A DNA stretch of 64,000 nucleotides from Octopus sinensis (Eukaryota). The DNA lies in contig NC_043020.1 of NCBI RefSeq assembly GCF_006345805.1, positions 20,088,001 to 20,152,000 of the forward strand. The letters are read 5' to 3'. The notes below the pieces were generated by a model. That model searched no databases, was not told the DNA's origin, and saw only the letters and a list, made by a program, of their open reading frames with translations. Below are positions 1 through 14,397 of the stretch, one piece after another (positions within the stretch are counted from its first letter, which is position 1; every line of letters starts with the position of its first letter). The position numbers and the translations under genes were made by a program.

Positions 1-12
1 GTCTGCTTAGGT

Positions 13-115
13 CTGAAGAAGGCTGGAGAGTATATCAGCCGAAACAAACAAGATGAGGACAAATATCCATCAAATGTAAAAAATGTACATAATTTCTCAT
101 CTCTCAAATATAGAG
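13..115 (+). mobile_element. Penelope-like terminal-repeat fragment with a truncated hammerhead ribozyme core
   Basis: CTGAAGA-A-GGCTG(10 nt)CAGCC-GAAAC at 13-45, then sequence shared with 31190-31260; the stem III and stem I 3' part is deleted. Confidence 0.6.
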
Positions 116-224
116 CCATACATGACATTTTGGACTTATTATTATTATTATCCCTATTATTATCACCTTTATCATTATCATCGTCATTATTATTATTATT
201 GGTATTATTATTATTATTATTATT

Positions 225-770
225 GAGTGAGAGAGCAGTGCATGCCATCAAAGTGACACTGGGGTAAAATATATGAAGCCCAGTATACCCATCATGACTA
301 CCCGTCTGATAAGGGTACACCAGGCACATGCATCACAACCATATGTGCGTGATATGGTGATCTCATATCAAGATAAACAGCACATGACCTTGCAGGTGGG
401 GCCCAGTTAGAATTTTCTTCTGGTCGAGTAACCCATCCCACTCAAAAGGTCTTTGAATAAGGGTTATTTAAGGATGTTGAACGAACCACCCATGTTTCCA
501 GAGGTGAATTATCCAAACCCCAAAGAATTCCTTTCAACACATGGCTATGATGCTCCCCCACCACTTCTGCTCGTGATCAGAGATGCACATATCGTCAGTC
601 ACTAAGGAACATGCTCAACTGGTTACGGTCAAACAACTGACAAGCAAATCTGTGGTATTGAGCAGAATATTTGCTGTAGCCCATCTTTTATACCAAGACA
701 AAACAATGTACATGATAACACTTCCAATCAGTTAAGATCAGAAGCCATGAGAGCCACTGCCTGGCACTGC
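225..770 (-). mobile_element. Non-coding interspersed repeat (about 545 bp) bounded on both sides by (ATT)n/(AAT)n
   Basis: GC-richer block between ATT microsatellites. I recall it as a high-copy Octopus repeat; class not determined. Confidence 0.5.
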
Positions 771-1347
771 ATTATTATTATTACTATTATTATTATTATT
801 ACTATTATTATTTATGGTGTGCATAGATGTATTTATATTTGAAATCAATGTTCTTGACACCAGGTCACAATGAATTACCCTTGATATTAAGGACCTTTTT
901 TACTACTACTACTACTAATACTAATACTGCTGTTACTAAGGTAGTGAGCTAGCAGAATTGTTACCATGCTAGACAAAATTTTTGCAGTCTTATGGCTATG
1001 ACAGAGCTGTGTGTGTGTGTGTTTGTGTGTGTGTTGTGTGTGTGTGTGTGTGTGCGCGTGCGTGCATGCGTGCGTGCATGCGTGCGTGCATGCGTGTGTG
1101 TGTGTGTGTGTGTTATGTAAAGGGATTAAAAACTATTTAATCAACTAAGTCCATTTCAATTTCAGCTATATTAAAAGAATATGAATTAATCTGGCAGTAG
1201 AGGATTAAGTTTTGTTGATTGATTTAATTAAGGTTGAAGTTCATGAACAAATCAACAGACAGATCAAAACTATTTGACAATGGGATCGTTTATTCCTCCT
1301 CAAAATCGTTCTTTTGTTCAGATTAATTTATGAATAATCCAGAAATA

Positions 1348-1479
1348 GGCACAGGCATAGCTGGGTAGTAAGAAGTTTGCTTCTCAAACATGTGATTATG
1401 GGTTCAATCCCACTGTGCAATAACTTGATCAAGTGTCTTCCACTATAGCCCCAGGCTGATCAAAGCCTTTGTGAGTGGA

Positions 1480-1529
<50 letters not shown>

Positions 1530-1757
1530 TGTGTGTGTGTACGTGTGTGTGTGTGTGTGTTTGTATTTGTCTCCCATCACCATTTAACAAGCAGTGTTGA
1601 TTTATTTACATCCCTGTAGTTCAGTAGTTTGGCAGAATGAGGCAACAGAATAAGTACCAGGACTTACAAATAATTTCTAGGGTTAATTTGTTTGACAAAA
1701 CCCTTCAAGGTGCTGCCCCAGCCTAGCCACAGTCCAAAGACTAAAACAAGTAAAAAT
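1348..1757 (+). mobile_element. tRNA-head SINE with central (TG)n tract
   Basis: Head ggcacaggcatagctg..taagaagtttgcttc..gggttcaatcccactg, body gcctttgtgagtggatttg, tail ..cagtccaaagactaaaacaagtaaaa. Diverged relatives lie near 11434, 16760, 27290, 28900, 44098, 44540, 58060 and 62225. Confidence 0.7.
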
Positions 1758-2508
1758 ATAACTAAGTTTTATAGTATGATATGATGTGGTTTGCTGTTGA
1801 TGGGGTTGATCTGACAGCATACCTGCCTGCATTGGAACTTGTCTTCACCGTCATGTATTATACTCTATTACAGCACATTGATGATACTACAGCAAAAAGT
1901 CGTTCCAATTAAGTGCAAGTTCTTCAATTGAAAGGAGCCATAGCATGACTTCATTCTGACTTTCTCAACGTGTTTTCTTGGCAGCAATGTTGGGATGGTT
2001 TGCCATTGCTTTCTCCAAGTTGGGGATGTTCATCTCCAAAGAGCATTTTGGAGATGAACTATGTCAAGCATTAGTAGTGAATCTAATTAAATAGTATATT
2101 ATATTTCTAACTTATTAATCGTCATTATTGTTGTTGTTGTTGTTGTTTTTGTTGTTATAAATGAGAGTGGGATTAGCTGAGTCAATAATAACTATTTGTC
2201 TCTTCCTCTCAATTCATCTATTTCTCTTACCTTATATAATTGCCTTCCTATCTTCACCTATTTGTCTTCCTCTCCCTCTCTGTTTATCTGCCTCTTTTCT
2301 TTTATGTATCAATCCCTTTAGTTTAGAGATTGAGAGGTAGAGAAGTAGAGAGAGAGAGAATTGAATGACCAGGCAGAAATAGACTGAAATGTATTGTGAA
2401 ACAGACACCTTAAGAACTGAGAGAGAGAGAAATAATTTCATCAGTCCTTTACATTGAACTTTTCTAACCAACACTCTGCCATCTAACTGCCTCCTAGTTC
2501 TTAATTGA

Positions 2509-2567
<59 letters not shown>

Positions 2568-2918
2568 GTGACTTTCTCCCTCTTCCTCAATATTTATATC
2601 TATCTCATATCCTTTTCTTTCCTCTCTAAAATGTGAGATACCTCAGGAGTGCAGTCAGTATATTAACTACGTCTACAGTAGAGTTTCACATACGTCATAC
2701 AGTAAGTTGAAAAGCATTGATTAAATAAAATTAGCCAAGCAAATTAGAAGGAAAAAATTCCCTTAGGAGTAAGTTTGACGTCTGAGAGCAACCCAGGACA
2801 AACAAGGGAGATAACTCTGAAAGATCGGGTGATGGAATTTTGGGATTCTATAAACAATTTTAATCCACATTAATCTGGAAGTTGTTTGAATGATCACAGT
2901 TGACCGAAGTGTTTAGAT

Positions 2919-2963
<45 letters not shown>

Positions 2964-3172
2964 TTAAGGTGTCTGTTTCTCAATATTTTTCCATCTATTT
3001 ATTTCTCTGTTTGTCCAACACTCTGTCATTCTATCCTCACTCTCCCCTCCCTCCCCTTCTCTCTCTCTCCCCTCTCCCCCTCTCTCTCTCTCTCTCCAAT
3101 TTTGCTTCTGTCTCTGTTTCATCAGTCCTTTACATTAAACTTTTTTCAACCAACTCTCAAACTTTATTTCAG

Positions 3173-3309
3173 ATTTACAGGCCCAGGAAAACTGAGTGGA
3201 TTTGGATTTGAACTTACTCTCAGGCTGAAGAAGAAAGGCAATGAGAGTAACCCTCCAATGTGGCCTGCTGCACTACTCAATAAGTTGGCAACTTATGTCT
3301 TTCAAACAG
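3173..3309 (+). CDS. SUFU: SUFU-like exon: [45 protein letters not shown]
   Basis: Acceptor tttcag (AG at 3171-3172), donor gttaga; phase 2 in, phase 1 out. Confidence 0.93.
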
Positions 3310-3657
3310 GTTAGAAAGCCAGACATGAAGTCTCAGTTTCAATCCTTCTCCATTGCATCTTGGGCCAATGTTTCATCAAAGCTTCAGGTCAACCCAAGTC
3401 TTGTGATTTAATTTGGGTCGTTGGAAACTGTGCTGAAGTCAGTTGGATAAATTGTACTTGTAATTCAAAGATCTAGCTTTGTCATGATTCATCAGAATGA
3501 TTCTACTTGAAAATTACATAATAGGAGCACATGCCTCTGGAATATTCAACCATGTTATGCACTATTTCAATGAACAGGCCATCTGGCTGATTCAACAACT
3601 GGATGTTCTTGTGTTGAAATCAATGGAAGAGTCCATATACATATGTATACTTGTGTA

Positions 3658-3692
<35 letters not shown>

Positions 3693-3698
3693 AAGTGT

Positions 3699-3732
<34 letters not shown>

Positions 3733-4020
3733 AAAAGAGTATTATAGATCCATTTCAGCTGATTTTACCAATTGGTTTTGCAGACAAGAAATTGGAAAAA
3801 ACCCAATCCCAGCACTCATCAGGGAGACTTGTAGGAAGAGTTGGTATGGTGATAGCTCTCAGCTATACATGAATGGTTCTTTTCTCAATATATGTGTGAG
3901 TGTGTGTGTGTGTGTGTGTATGTGCATGTATGTGTGCATGTGTGTGTATATGTATTTGTGTATATGTGTGTGTGTACTTATACAGACATAGTTATAAGCA
4001 TCTTGAATAATCTATATGTA

Positions 4021-4065
<45 letters not shown>

Positions 4066-7000
4066 TGTGTGTGTGTGTGTGTGTATACCAGTGTATCTAA
4101 TTATATCTATTGGTATATGTATCTGTGTATATACATATAACATAAATGCATACCCCTATATACATACAGGAAACATTCTAGATGTTGGAGACCATATACC
4201 CTGGCACAAATCCATGGATGATAACCCTAGAAGCAAAAGTACCATTCGACACATGTTGATCACTGAAGACCCTGAATTGACTTTGCTTAACACACAATAT
4301 GGAACCCTAGAATTCCGACAAGTAAGTACCATGCTCTCAATTCAGCTAACACCATTTTAACATTTTCTCATTTGACTTCAACTTATGATAAGAATATTTC
4401 TTAGTAAATCACTTTTAACAGTGGAACTCAAATTAGATAAAGCTATAAGTAACAGTATGTAAATCTTAGGTTAAAAGAAATCCTTGGATGGAAAAAGTTG
4501 AAGGCTGCTCATTGGATTGACTCTGACATGTTCACAGAAGATGTGAGTTTGTATCCTACAGGTAACCATGAACTTTCTTCATTCAAAGATTCTTTTTCAC
4601 TCAATCTTTACATGTTGTTATATATGATTTCAAATTTTGGCACAAGTTCAGATGGAGTGGGTAAGTCAATTACATCGACCCCAATCCTCAACTGCTAATT
4701 ATTTTATTAAGAATGAAAGACAAAGTTGAGCTTGATGGAATTTGAACTCAGAACATTGATATGGATGAAATGCCGCTAAGCATTTTGCCCAACAGGCTAA
4801 TGATTCTGCCAGCTTGTCGTTTCGTAAATGTTTTTGTATATAACATTATCTATTTTGAGTTCCACCATTAAAAACGATTTATTTTGTATTTCTCAAAGCT
4901 GTTGAATTCTTATGATGTTTCTTATAATATTTACATGTCTAATTTTCAGTATTAAAGATGAAGAGGTTAGCCCCATCTGAGGCTGGTATAAACATCTCAC
5001 ATTGCATTAGCTTACAGTATTTAATTTATTTAAGAAATTATTATTGACAGTTATATCTGATTTTTTTATATATATACTAATGTGATCAGGTCACAGTTGC
5101 ACAACAAAAATTTTAATATAAATTAATGTCTCTTCTATGATGTGATCATTTCTTTTTCAACACAGTCTCAGATGAAAGGCCAAATAAAGGGAATAGATTT
5201 TGAAAATTTAGACTCCTACATAGTGTTAGATTGCAATCAGTTCAATATTGTGCATATGCTAGATGCAACACCTGTTGTCAAATTGAAGCAAGCAAAGTTA
5301 TGTGTCTCACGGGTGTCTTCTGCTAGAATTTGATTAACATTTAGGATACATTAAAAGTATTATGTCAATATAATCGACCTTAATACTTGGTACTTTATTT
5401 TATTGACTTCAGCAAGACTCGAAAACATAAAGAAATACTGAAAAGCATTTTGTTTGATGCTCTAATGATTTTGACAATCTGCCAGAGATGATGAACCAAC
5501 TCAAGGTTCATAAATTCAAACTCACCACAAGCATTTTGCCATAGTTCTTGGCCAAGGTCTTCTTTTAGATAAGCATTTCCTAGAAAATCACTAATACAGG
5601 AAGATCTTTAACATACACTCAATTAAACTATCATATAGCTACTGCCCCAGTATGAAGAACATCATCACTGTATACATCACCAGGAGCCCACTCCCAGTTG
5701 TAACTGTAGAGACCCTGGAGCTTACCCACTTGACTAGGCATGCTGGATAAACACCATTGTAAATGAGACAGAAGTTACAGCAACACTGCATAGTAAGCTA
5801 ACCAAAAAGAATAATTATATGTTAGGCAGGAAACAACTTCCTCAATAGAATAATTACAATTTCAGTTAAGCCTGCAGTGTAATTTCCTTTAATCCAGAAG
5901 GTAAACAAAATCAAGGAGCTTGGATACAAGGAGTGATCCTCTAACATAGTGGTGAATACTTTATCAGCTTTAACCAACAACCTTTAGGTCTCAGATCAAA
6001 AATATACAAACTACACAATGTCTTTTTTCAGTTTACTATACTTATTTTAATGTCTACATCAACAGGTATTGGGTGTGACAGATGATGAAATGAAATCTGC
6101 CCAACACTGGCAAGGTGCTGGTATTCTAGAATTGCTCAAAGAATCAAAAGGGTGAATGTCTATTTTACTTCTATATTTTTTAAAAGCTATTGTTGTTGTT
6201 ATTAATAATGTTGTTGAGTCAAATTCCACCAAGGTCAACTTTGCCATTCATCCTTTCAGGGTTGATAAAATAGGTACCAGTTGAGCACTGGGGTCAATGT
6301 AATTGACTGAACCCCTCTCCTGAAATTTTAAATCAGTGCCAAAATTTTAAATCAGTGATGTTGCTGAGTCCCAGATTAATTTCAGTCAAGCAGAACATTG
6401 GTCAAAAGCATTCTAGCCATGGTCATCCTGTATTTTTAAGGTTATAAAGGACTGTTGGATTGTTGTGTTGTTATTATGGCTGCATTGTTATCTTGTTTAC
6501 TGTGACAAAATTGGCACAGTGTATCTAAATCATCCGTCATAATATCGTGGCAGTACCACAACATTGGAGACAGATGTTACAACAGTATTACATTTCTACT
6601 TTCGAAAAGTGAAGAATTAAATGAACCAAAAAATTATAGACTCATAACCTACTTAACAACGATGTATAAAATACTAACATCTGTCTTGACTTAATACACC
6701 TATAGTTTTTTTAATAGGAAGTGGCATCTTCCCTAATGGGAAAAGAGGATGTAAACATGCGTCCTATGGTTGTAAAGATCAGCTACTCATCAACAAGATG
6801 ATCTTGGAAGATTGTCACAAACAACACAAGAACTTATCAATAGCCTGGATAGACTATAAAAAAGCTTTTACTATACAAAGCTGGATTGAGAAATGTTGGG
6901 GAAATTTATAAATTAGCACCTACTCAGGGAAACTTCTTATCTGTAAGTATGAGATCATGGAGAACCACATTAACTTCGAACAGTGACAATGAATCTTTCA

Positions 7001-9452
7001 ATGCTGGAGATGTAAGAATTTCACGTGACATTTTCCAGGGTGACTCTCTGTCATCACTTCTCTTTTGTCTAGCCTTAATACCTCTTTCGAAAGCGCTTGA
7101 TGATGTACAATATGACTATAAAATTTGTGATAAAAGTATAAATCACCTCTGTAACATGGATGATTTAAAGCTCTTTGGAAAAAATGACCAACAACTACAG
7201 AGCTTACTAACAATTGTTAAACAGTTCAGTGATGACATCAGGATGGAATCTGACCTCAATAAATGTGCAAAAGCTACCTTTATCAGAGGAAAAATGATAG
7301 AAACATCCAACGTTAATCTTGACCAACAAAATGTTATAAAGGAATTAGAACCAGCAGAGAGCTACAGATACCTAGGGGTATTTGAAGGTGATGGAATCAA
7401 ACATTCAATGACGAGGAAAAAGATTGGAACGGAATGTTATTGCAGGGTAAGGGCAATACTCAAGACAGAGCTGAATGCAAGATGTGTTATGAGTCAGGCT
7501 GTGTTGTAGGGAAGGATCGGAAGTGAGGGAGTAGGTATGTCCTGTCGGAAGGGGGGGTCTGTGGGTCCCACTGGAAGTGCCACAGTGGACATGCAGCATC
7601 AGGGAAGTTGGTGGCAGACATTACATCAGAGCAGATGTGTGAGACTGTACAGCAATGGATAGCACACGTAGACATGGAGTGAACCTTACAGATCAAGACA
7701 GTACGTGGATGTTGAAAGTGACCCTTTCTCCAGACCAACAGGTAAGACTACCATAATTCTCTCTTCGCTTCTGACTTTTTCTTCCTTCACATCACACAAG
7801 AAACAAGATCAAAGCAATCAATACTTTAGCCATACCGGTTGTGACTCACAGTTTCAATATTATTAACTGGTCAATTACTGAAATCTGTAATCTTGAAAAT
7901 ATGAAAACTGTTGACAATGCATAGAATGCACCACTCTAAGGTAGATTTAGAACAACTTTACCTGCCATGAGAAGATGGTAGCCATGGACTTTTACAACTG
8001 GAATTAACAATGAAGATTGCCACAATTGGCCTAAACACCTACTTGAATAACTCTGAAGACTGGATGTTAAAACTTGTCTTAAAGCATGAAAACAAGAAAA
8101 CTAATGCTTTGTCAGACATTCTCTCAAACAATACTTTGTGCAAAACCAAATATATGGCACCCTAGTCATAATACTAATTTGATCTTCTAACTACTCGTCT
8201 CTTGAGGTTTCTGGGCGAGACTTAGAGTCAATTTGAACAAAACAGGCAAAGAAATATCTAAGTGAATTCCAATACAACTAATTCCAGAACTAGATGTACT
8301 GGAAACAAGTGCAGAAAAGGCTAAGCATATGAAAACCTGTGCTAAAACTACTGCCTTAAATATTCTTACTGATAAAAGGCAAGAAAATCCTCTCGATGAC
8401 AAATACCCAAAGAGAGCTAACAATGCCGATGTTGACAAGAGTATAAATCATCTCTTTTACATCAATGGTTAGTGTCTTCTGGATTCAAACCAGAGACAGA
8501 AGGATTTATCATAGCAGCCCAAGATCAATGCCTACCTACAAGAAGTTACCAGGTCAACATCTTAAAGAACAGCAGTAGCCCAACATGTTATGTATGTAAA
8601 CAACAAAATAAAACCATTGATCATGTTGTCTCCATGTGCAGTCTTCTTGCGCCTACAGAGTATCTCAACAGCCATGATAGAGCAACACAATATATTCACT
8701 GGGTAATTTACAAAGACCTGGACCTGTCCCATAACAAAAACCGATTGTGAACACAAACCACTGCCAGTGCTTGAAAATGATCACATCTCACTCCTTTGGA
8801 ACTTTACCATTCAAACTGACAGAAAGATAGATGCAAATAAGCCAGATATTATATTGAAGGACTTCAGAGAAAAACCATGCCTCCTCATCGGTATAACTGT
8901 CCCAATCAACATAAATGTATCTGTCAAGACCTGCCAAAAACTGAGCAAGTATAAAGATCTTGAAATAGATATTGGCAAAAGGTGGAACCTCAAGACTAAA
9001 ACAATACCTGTTGTCATAGGTGCCCTAAGAATGATATCAAAAGGGGCTGATTGCTACCTAGCTCAGATACAGGGAAATCCCAAAATGGAAGAAATTCAAA
9101 AATAGCGCTCATGTAAACTGCCCATATCCTGTGTAAAATATTGTCTATGTAATCCTCAAAATATTTTAATCCATAAACTGTTACAACACTTTTAAATATA
9201 AATAATAGCAAACACCTTTTACTCTCATCTTAACATCAGACTATCATCTTAGAATCAAATTTTAAAACAAACTTCTAATTTATTGATGCTTTGTCAGACA
9301 TTCTCTAAAACAATACTCTGTGCAAAACCAAATATATGGCACCCTAGTCATAATACTAATTTGATCTTCTAACTACTCGTCTCTTGAGGTTTCTTGGAGT
9401 CAACTTGAACAAATACAAAGTAAAAACCAAACATATAATAATAATAATAATA

Positions 9453-9489
<37 letters not shown>

Positions 9490-10237
9490 TTTATTATTAT
9501 TATATGTTATATAATAATAATAATATTAATAATAATAATAATAATAATAATGATAATAATGATAATAATAATAATAATAATAATAATTTGAAATAGGAAG
9601 AATTTAGAGCATACGAACAGTAAAGGTCATGCCTATAATAATTGGTGTGTTTGGAACAGTAAGCAAAGATATAGACAAATGGCTGAAGGAAATTAGAATT
9701 GAATGTTCAGTAGAGCTCATAGAGAATGTTTGTCTCTTAAAGACAGCAAGGATTATCAGTAGGATTCTAAGCACTTGAAAGGCTGCTGAAAACTTGTAGA
9801 TACCTATAATTACAGGTAGTAACCTGCTACCCACATAATTCCTACCAGGAATAAGACCAAACCTGAGTCAAGCCAAAATAATAATAATAAATAATAATAA
9901 TAATAATAATAATGATAATAATAATAATAATAATATAATAATAATAATTTGAAATAGGAAGAATTTAGAGCATACGAACAGTAAAGGTCATGCCTATAAT
10001 AATTGGTGTGTTTGGAACAGTAAGCAAAGATATAGACAAATGGCTGAAGGAAATTAGAATTGAATGTTCAGTAGAGCTCATAGAGAATGTTTGTCTCTTA
10101 AAGACAGCAAGGATTATCAGTAGGATTCTAAGCACTTGAAAGGCTGCTGAAAACTTGTAGATACCTATAATTACAGGTAGTAACCTGCTACCCACATAAT
10201 TCCTACCAGGAATAAGACCAAACCTGAGTCAAGCCAA

Positions 10238-10278
<41 letters not shown>

Positions 10279-11067
10279 TAATAATAATAATAATAATGTA
10301 ATTACCTCCTCTCCTATGTTCAGAAAATATCCAGTTTTTTTTCTCAGGCACACACACACACACATAGAATACATATGTGTGTTCAGCTGTCAAGGACTAT
10401 TTAATCAAGCCTCATGATTGCACACGTCACTCATTAGACCAGTCTGCAGAAACAATGTCTTTGGCTTCATGGGCAGGAACTGTGGGCAACACTGGGAGAT
10501 TAGATGGCATTTTCTTTTCTGCCCTGCCTGCATTGCTCAGCCGCAGTCATTCTGTTGGTTTCACATGTCCTGTGGCTATTGCAAATTCCTCTTCCCCATT
10601 CTCTTCTATCCAACACTGCCACTCTCATTCCTTATAGTTTATGTTGAAGGCCTTCAGTGAAGCTTTCTGTATGTTTTCATAGAGCTTTTTCTGATTTCTT
10701 TGGGAGTGTTTAACATGCTAGAGTTCATCATAGAACAGTTTCTTTGAAAGCCAGCAGTCTAACATGTAAAATATGTGACCTGCACAGCACTTTTCCATGC
10801 TTGCATAATGGGTCAGACAGTATTTTGTTGGGGAAGATTTTCTACAACCAGATGCTCTTCCTGTTGCTAACCCTCAACTATTTCCAAGTAAGGCAAAATT
10901 TCCCCAAGTCCAAACATGCTTTTCATTGAAGACTAGAAATGAACATCATTGCTGTATGACAATGATGCTTATTTTCAACAACCATATGACAAAAGCACAC
11001 TTACACACTCACATACACACATATGCATGCACGCACAGACACATGCAGGCACGTATATATACATGTG

Positions 11068-11102
<35 letters not shown>

Positions 11103-11593
11103 CCAATGGGTTTCATCCAGTTGCCATCTACTAAATACACTCACAAGGCTTTAGTTTACTCAAGGCTTTAGTAGATGACACCTGCCTAAGGCACTACCCA
11201 TATTGTTGGATATAGTAGTCAGTTCTTCCCAAAATTACACAGTCAATAATATAATCCTTGATATTACAGAAACATGATAATCATGGCAGGAATTCTTTTG
11301 ATCATGGGTCTACTCAGTCAGAGATGACCTGGGGCTAAACAACAATACAAGAACAAATACAAAAACACATATGCAAATACATATGTAGAATGACACACTT
11401 GTACATAGATACAGGCTGAAATACTTACGCATAGATACAGGCCTGGCTGTGCAGTAAGAAGTTTGCTTCTTGATAACATGGTTTCAGGGTTCAGTCCTAC
11501 TTTGGACAAGTGTCTTCGACAATAGCCTTAGGCTGATCAAAGCTTTGTGAGTGGATTTGGTAGAGAGAAATGAATGAAGCCCATTATATATAC

Positions 11594-11647
<54 letters not shown>

Positions 11648-12081
11648 GTGTGTGTGTGTGTGCTTATCTAGACATTCATTTCCAATATTCCATGGAAACA
11701 TGTCTAGACATGGGGAAATATTATCTTACTGGAAACAGGTAATGACAGGTGACAGGAGGTGTGTCTGGTCATAGAAAATCTGCCCCCATAAAGACTATCT
11801 GATCCATGCAAACTAAGAAAAGTGGATGTGAAAAAAAAAAGCATTGGCATTAATTGTCTTGTAACCCAACCATTTCCTTTTCAGAGTTGGATCATACTTC
11901 ATCACAGATCTGGATCGAGAAAAATCATTATTTGAAGAAAATCCTGATTTAATAAAATTTGTCTCAGAAGGAATTAAAAATGATGGATCAAACTTAGGAC
12001 ATGTAACAGCAGTCTGTTGTTGGGCAGAAATCATCAAAAGGTTCGTTTGAAGCAGATTCTCTTTTGATATTTGCATGTATG

Positions 12082-12176
<95 letters not shown>

Positions 12177-14197
12177 TTTATGCATTGTTTGTATGTGTGT
12201 TTAAAATTATTGTTGCAGTTCCCATCCTATTTTTACTTCAGTAAACCCACTCAGCCCAACTTCTGAAGATCTTTATCACAAACAAAGCCTGCTGAACGCA
12301 TGATGTATGATAAGACTTCACATCCACATGTTTGGAAAATATACCTCACATCTGTAGTTGACAGATGCAGTCCCTATTGTAGCCACTCAACCTGCAAGAA
12401 AAAGCAGCCAAATCTTCCTCAAATAACATGCTACCATCTTTAAAAAGTAATTTAGCACAACAACCATATAGGAAGTGTTATCCTAAACATGCAAATGAAA
12501 AGGGGCATAGGGCTATAATCATAGGTCAAGTCTATTTGATCAGGACTGATATGGGGGCAAAAGCAGTTTGACATCAAAATTCATTATTTGATCATAGGAT
12601 TGACAATAATCAAGTCATGTTTATTAATTAATCAATTTATTTGTTTTTAAGGCCTAGTCAGAAGAGGAAGGGCAATATCCTTAACTATTTTCAGAGCCTT
12701 CGTGATTGGTGGGGGAATAATGAAGGGAGAATATTATTCACTGACAGAAGAACCTGCTAAAGGTATCCAAGGGCCAGTGATGGTGTTAAATCAGGTGGTA
12801 TATTTGGTCTACACTGAGTGATGTAACAAGAGTTCGTGCTGCATGGGGATGGGCCTTGAGTTTAATCCCACTCCCACCCACCCTACACACACACACACAC
12901 CCATTGATAAAAATAAAGCAACTAAGTTGTCTGGCCACATGTGGGATCTGAACAGCAACTGTACACCACATACAAGCAGAGAAACATAGAGAAATCTATA
13001 TCATATATAAATCGACCAAAGAGATGCAAGTTATATGTAGCTGAAAAATCACTCATTCTTTTTATGTCCAAGAATTCCACCACACTACTTATATATATAT
13101 ATATATATATTGAAAGAGAGAGAGAGAAATAGAAAGAGTAACTATTCTTTATATATAGTAACACATAAACACATATAAAAACATAAACATGTGTGTATAT
13201 ATATATAACTATTGTTTATATAAACACATAAATATATGTACACATAAACGTGTGTGTTCATATATATCTATGTATGTATATGTATGTGTGTGTCTATGTG
13301 TAATATTATGTAATGTAATATAAATATCATATAAAGCTGTGTATATTTATATTTAACTTGTCAAAAGATGTTTTATTCAGTAATTGTCTCCAAGAAAATA
13401 TTTTCCTTATTCCTATGTCTGACAGTCTGATGACTCAATTTGTTTTTGCACACATAGTCTTTGAGGATTATATTTTCTCAGATAATTTCCTCAATGAATG
13501 ATTTTCTATGTTTGTATGAATGCAAGTGTGTTAAAAATAAAGGTACACAACTTTATTTTAAATATCACTGCCTAGTGTGCTAATTGTTAATTAATTCCTG
13601 CTCAACGAAGCTTTGCACATGCCAGCAAATGTATTTTTGCTGATGGCTTTAGTATATATTTGATTTATGCAAAGGCTGTTCTAATTTGCTGTGAAGAACC
13701 ATTCTGACTTGTTGCAATAATTGTTGAAAAACACCAAACGCTATTTCAAGGCACCACCCCTCAGTGGAATACTGAATGTGTTTCTTGCTTGTTAGGAAAT
13801 CATCAGTGAATACAGCCTTTATGCAGATCAAATGTCCCAAACATATTTGAATTGATCTAAATGTTTATTTGCAACACTGCTTTCATGCACTCATTACAGT
13901 ACATTTCTTATTACTTATAATTTATATACAGATAAGTATTGGTGCTTCTAATTAATACACATACACACATACATATATGTGTGCGTGTGTGTGGTTCAAA
14001 TGTACAAAAACAAAAGACAGAAACAAGTAAAGGAACAACAAACAAGGTGTATCAAGAAAAATGGAAAAGTCTTTGACATTTCAAGCCTATGCTCTTCAAC
14101 AGAAAGGAATGGGGAAAGAAAACAGAGAGAGAAAAAAATACAGTTCAAGAAAAACGTCTGGATTAACAGTTTTGCATGCCAATATATACGTATGTGC

Positions 14198-14228
<31 letters not shown>

Positions 14229-14327
14229 TGTGTGTGTGTGCATACGCGTATGTGTGCAAATGTGCGTGTGCATGCACACGCACATGTGTGTCTGTGTTTA
14301 TATACATACATATAGATAGATAGATAG

Positions 14328-14397
<70 letters not shown>

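Noticed and set aside
1348-1430. tRNA-like A/B-box heads
   Set aside because: They are SINE heads without a complete cloverleaf; not tRNA genes.
1-3172. Search for the upstream SUFU exon (WLGGPDPLD...HWHY..FGLSDL)
   Set aside because: No matching frame with splice sites was found; it is presumed to lie upstream of the window.
3497-4140. ORFs rich in CV/VC, and similar HT, YI, LS and N/I runs elsewhere (e.g. 9384, 11574, 11994, 12075, 13979-14501, 15052)
   Set aside because: They are translations of (TG)n, (TA)n, (CT)n, (AAT)n and (GATA)n microsatellites, or the antisense of the SUFU Glu-rich exon.
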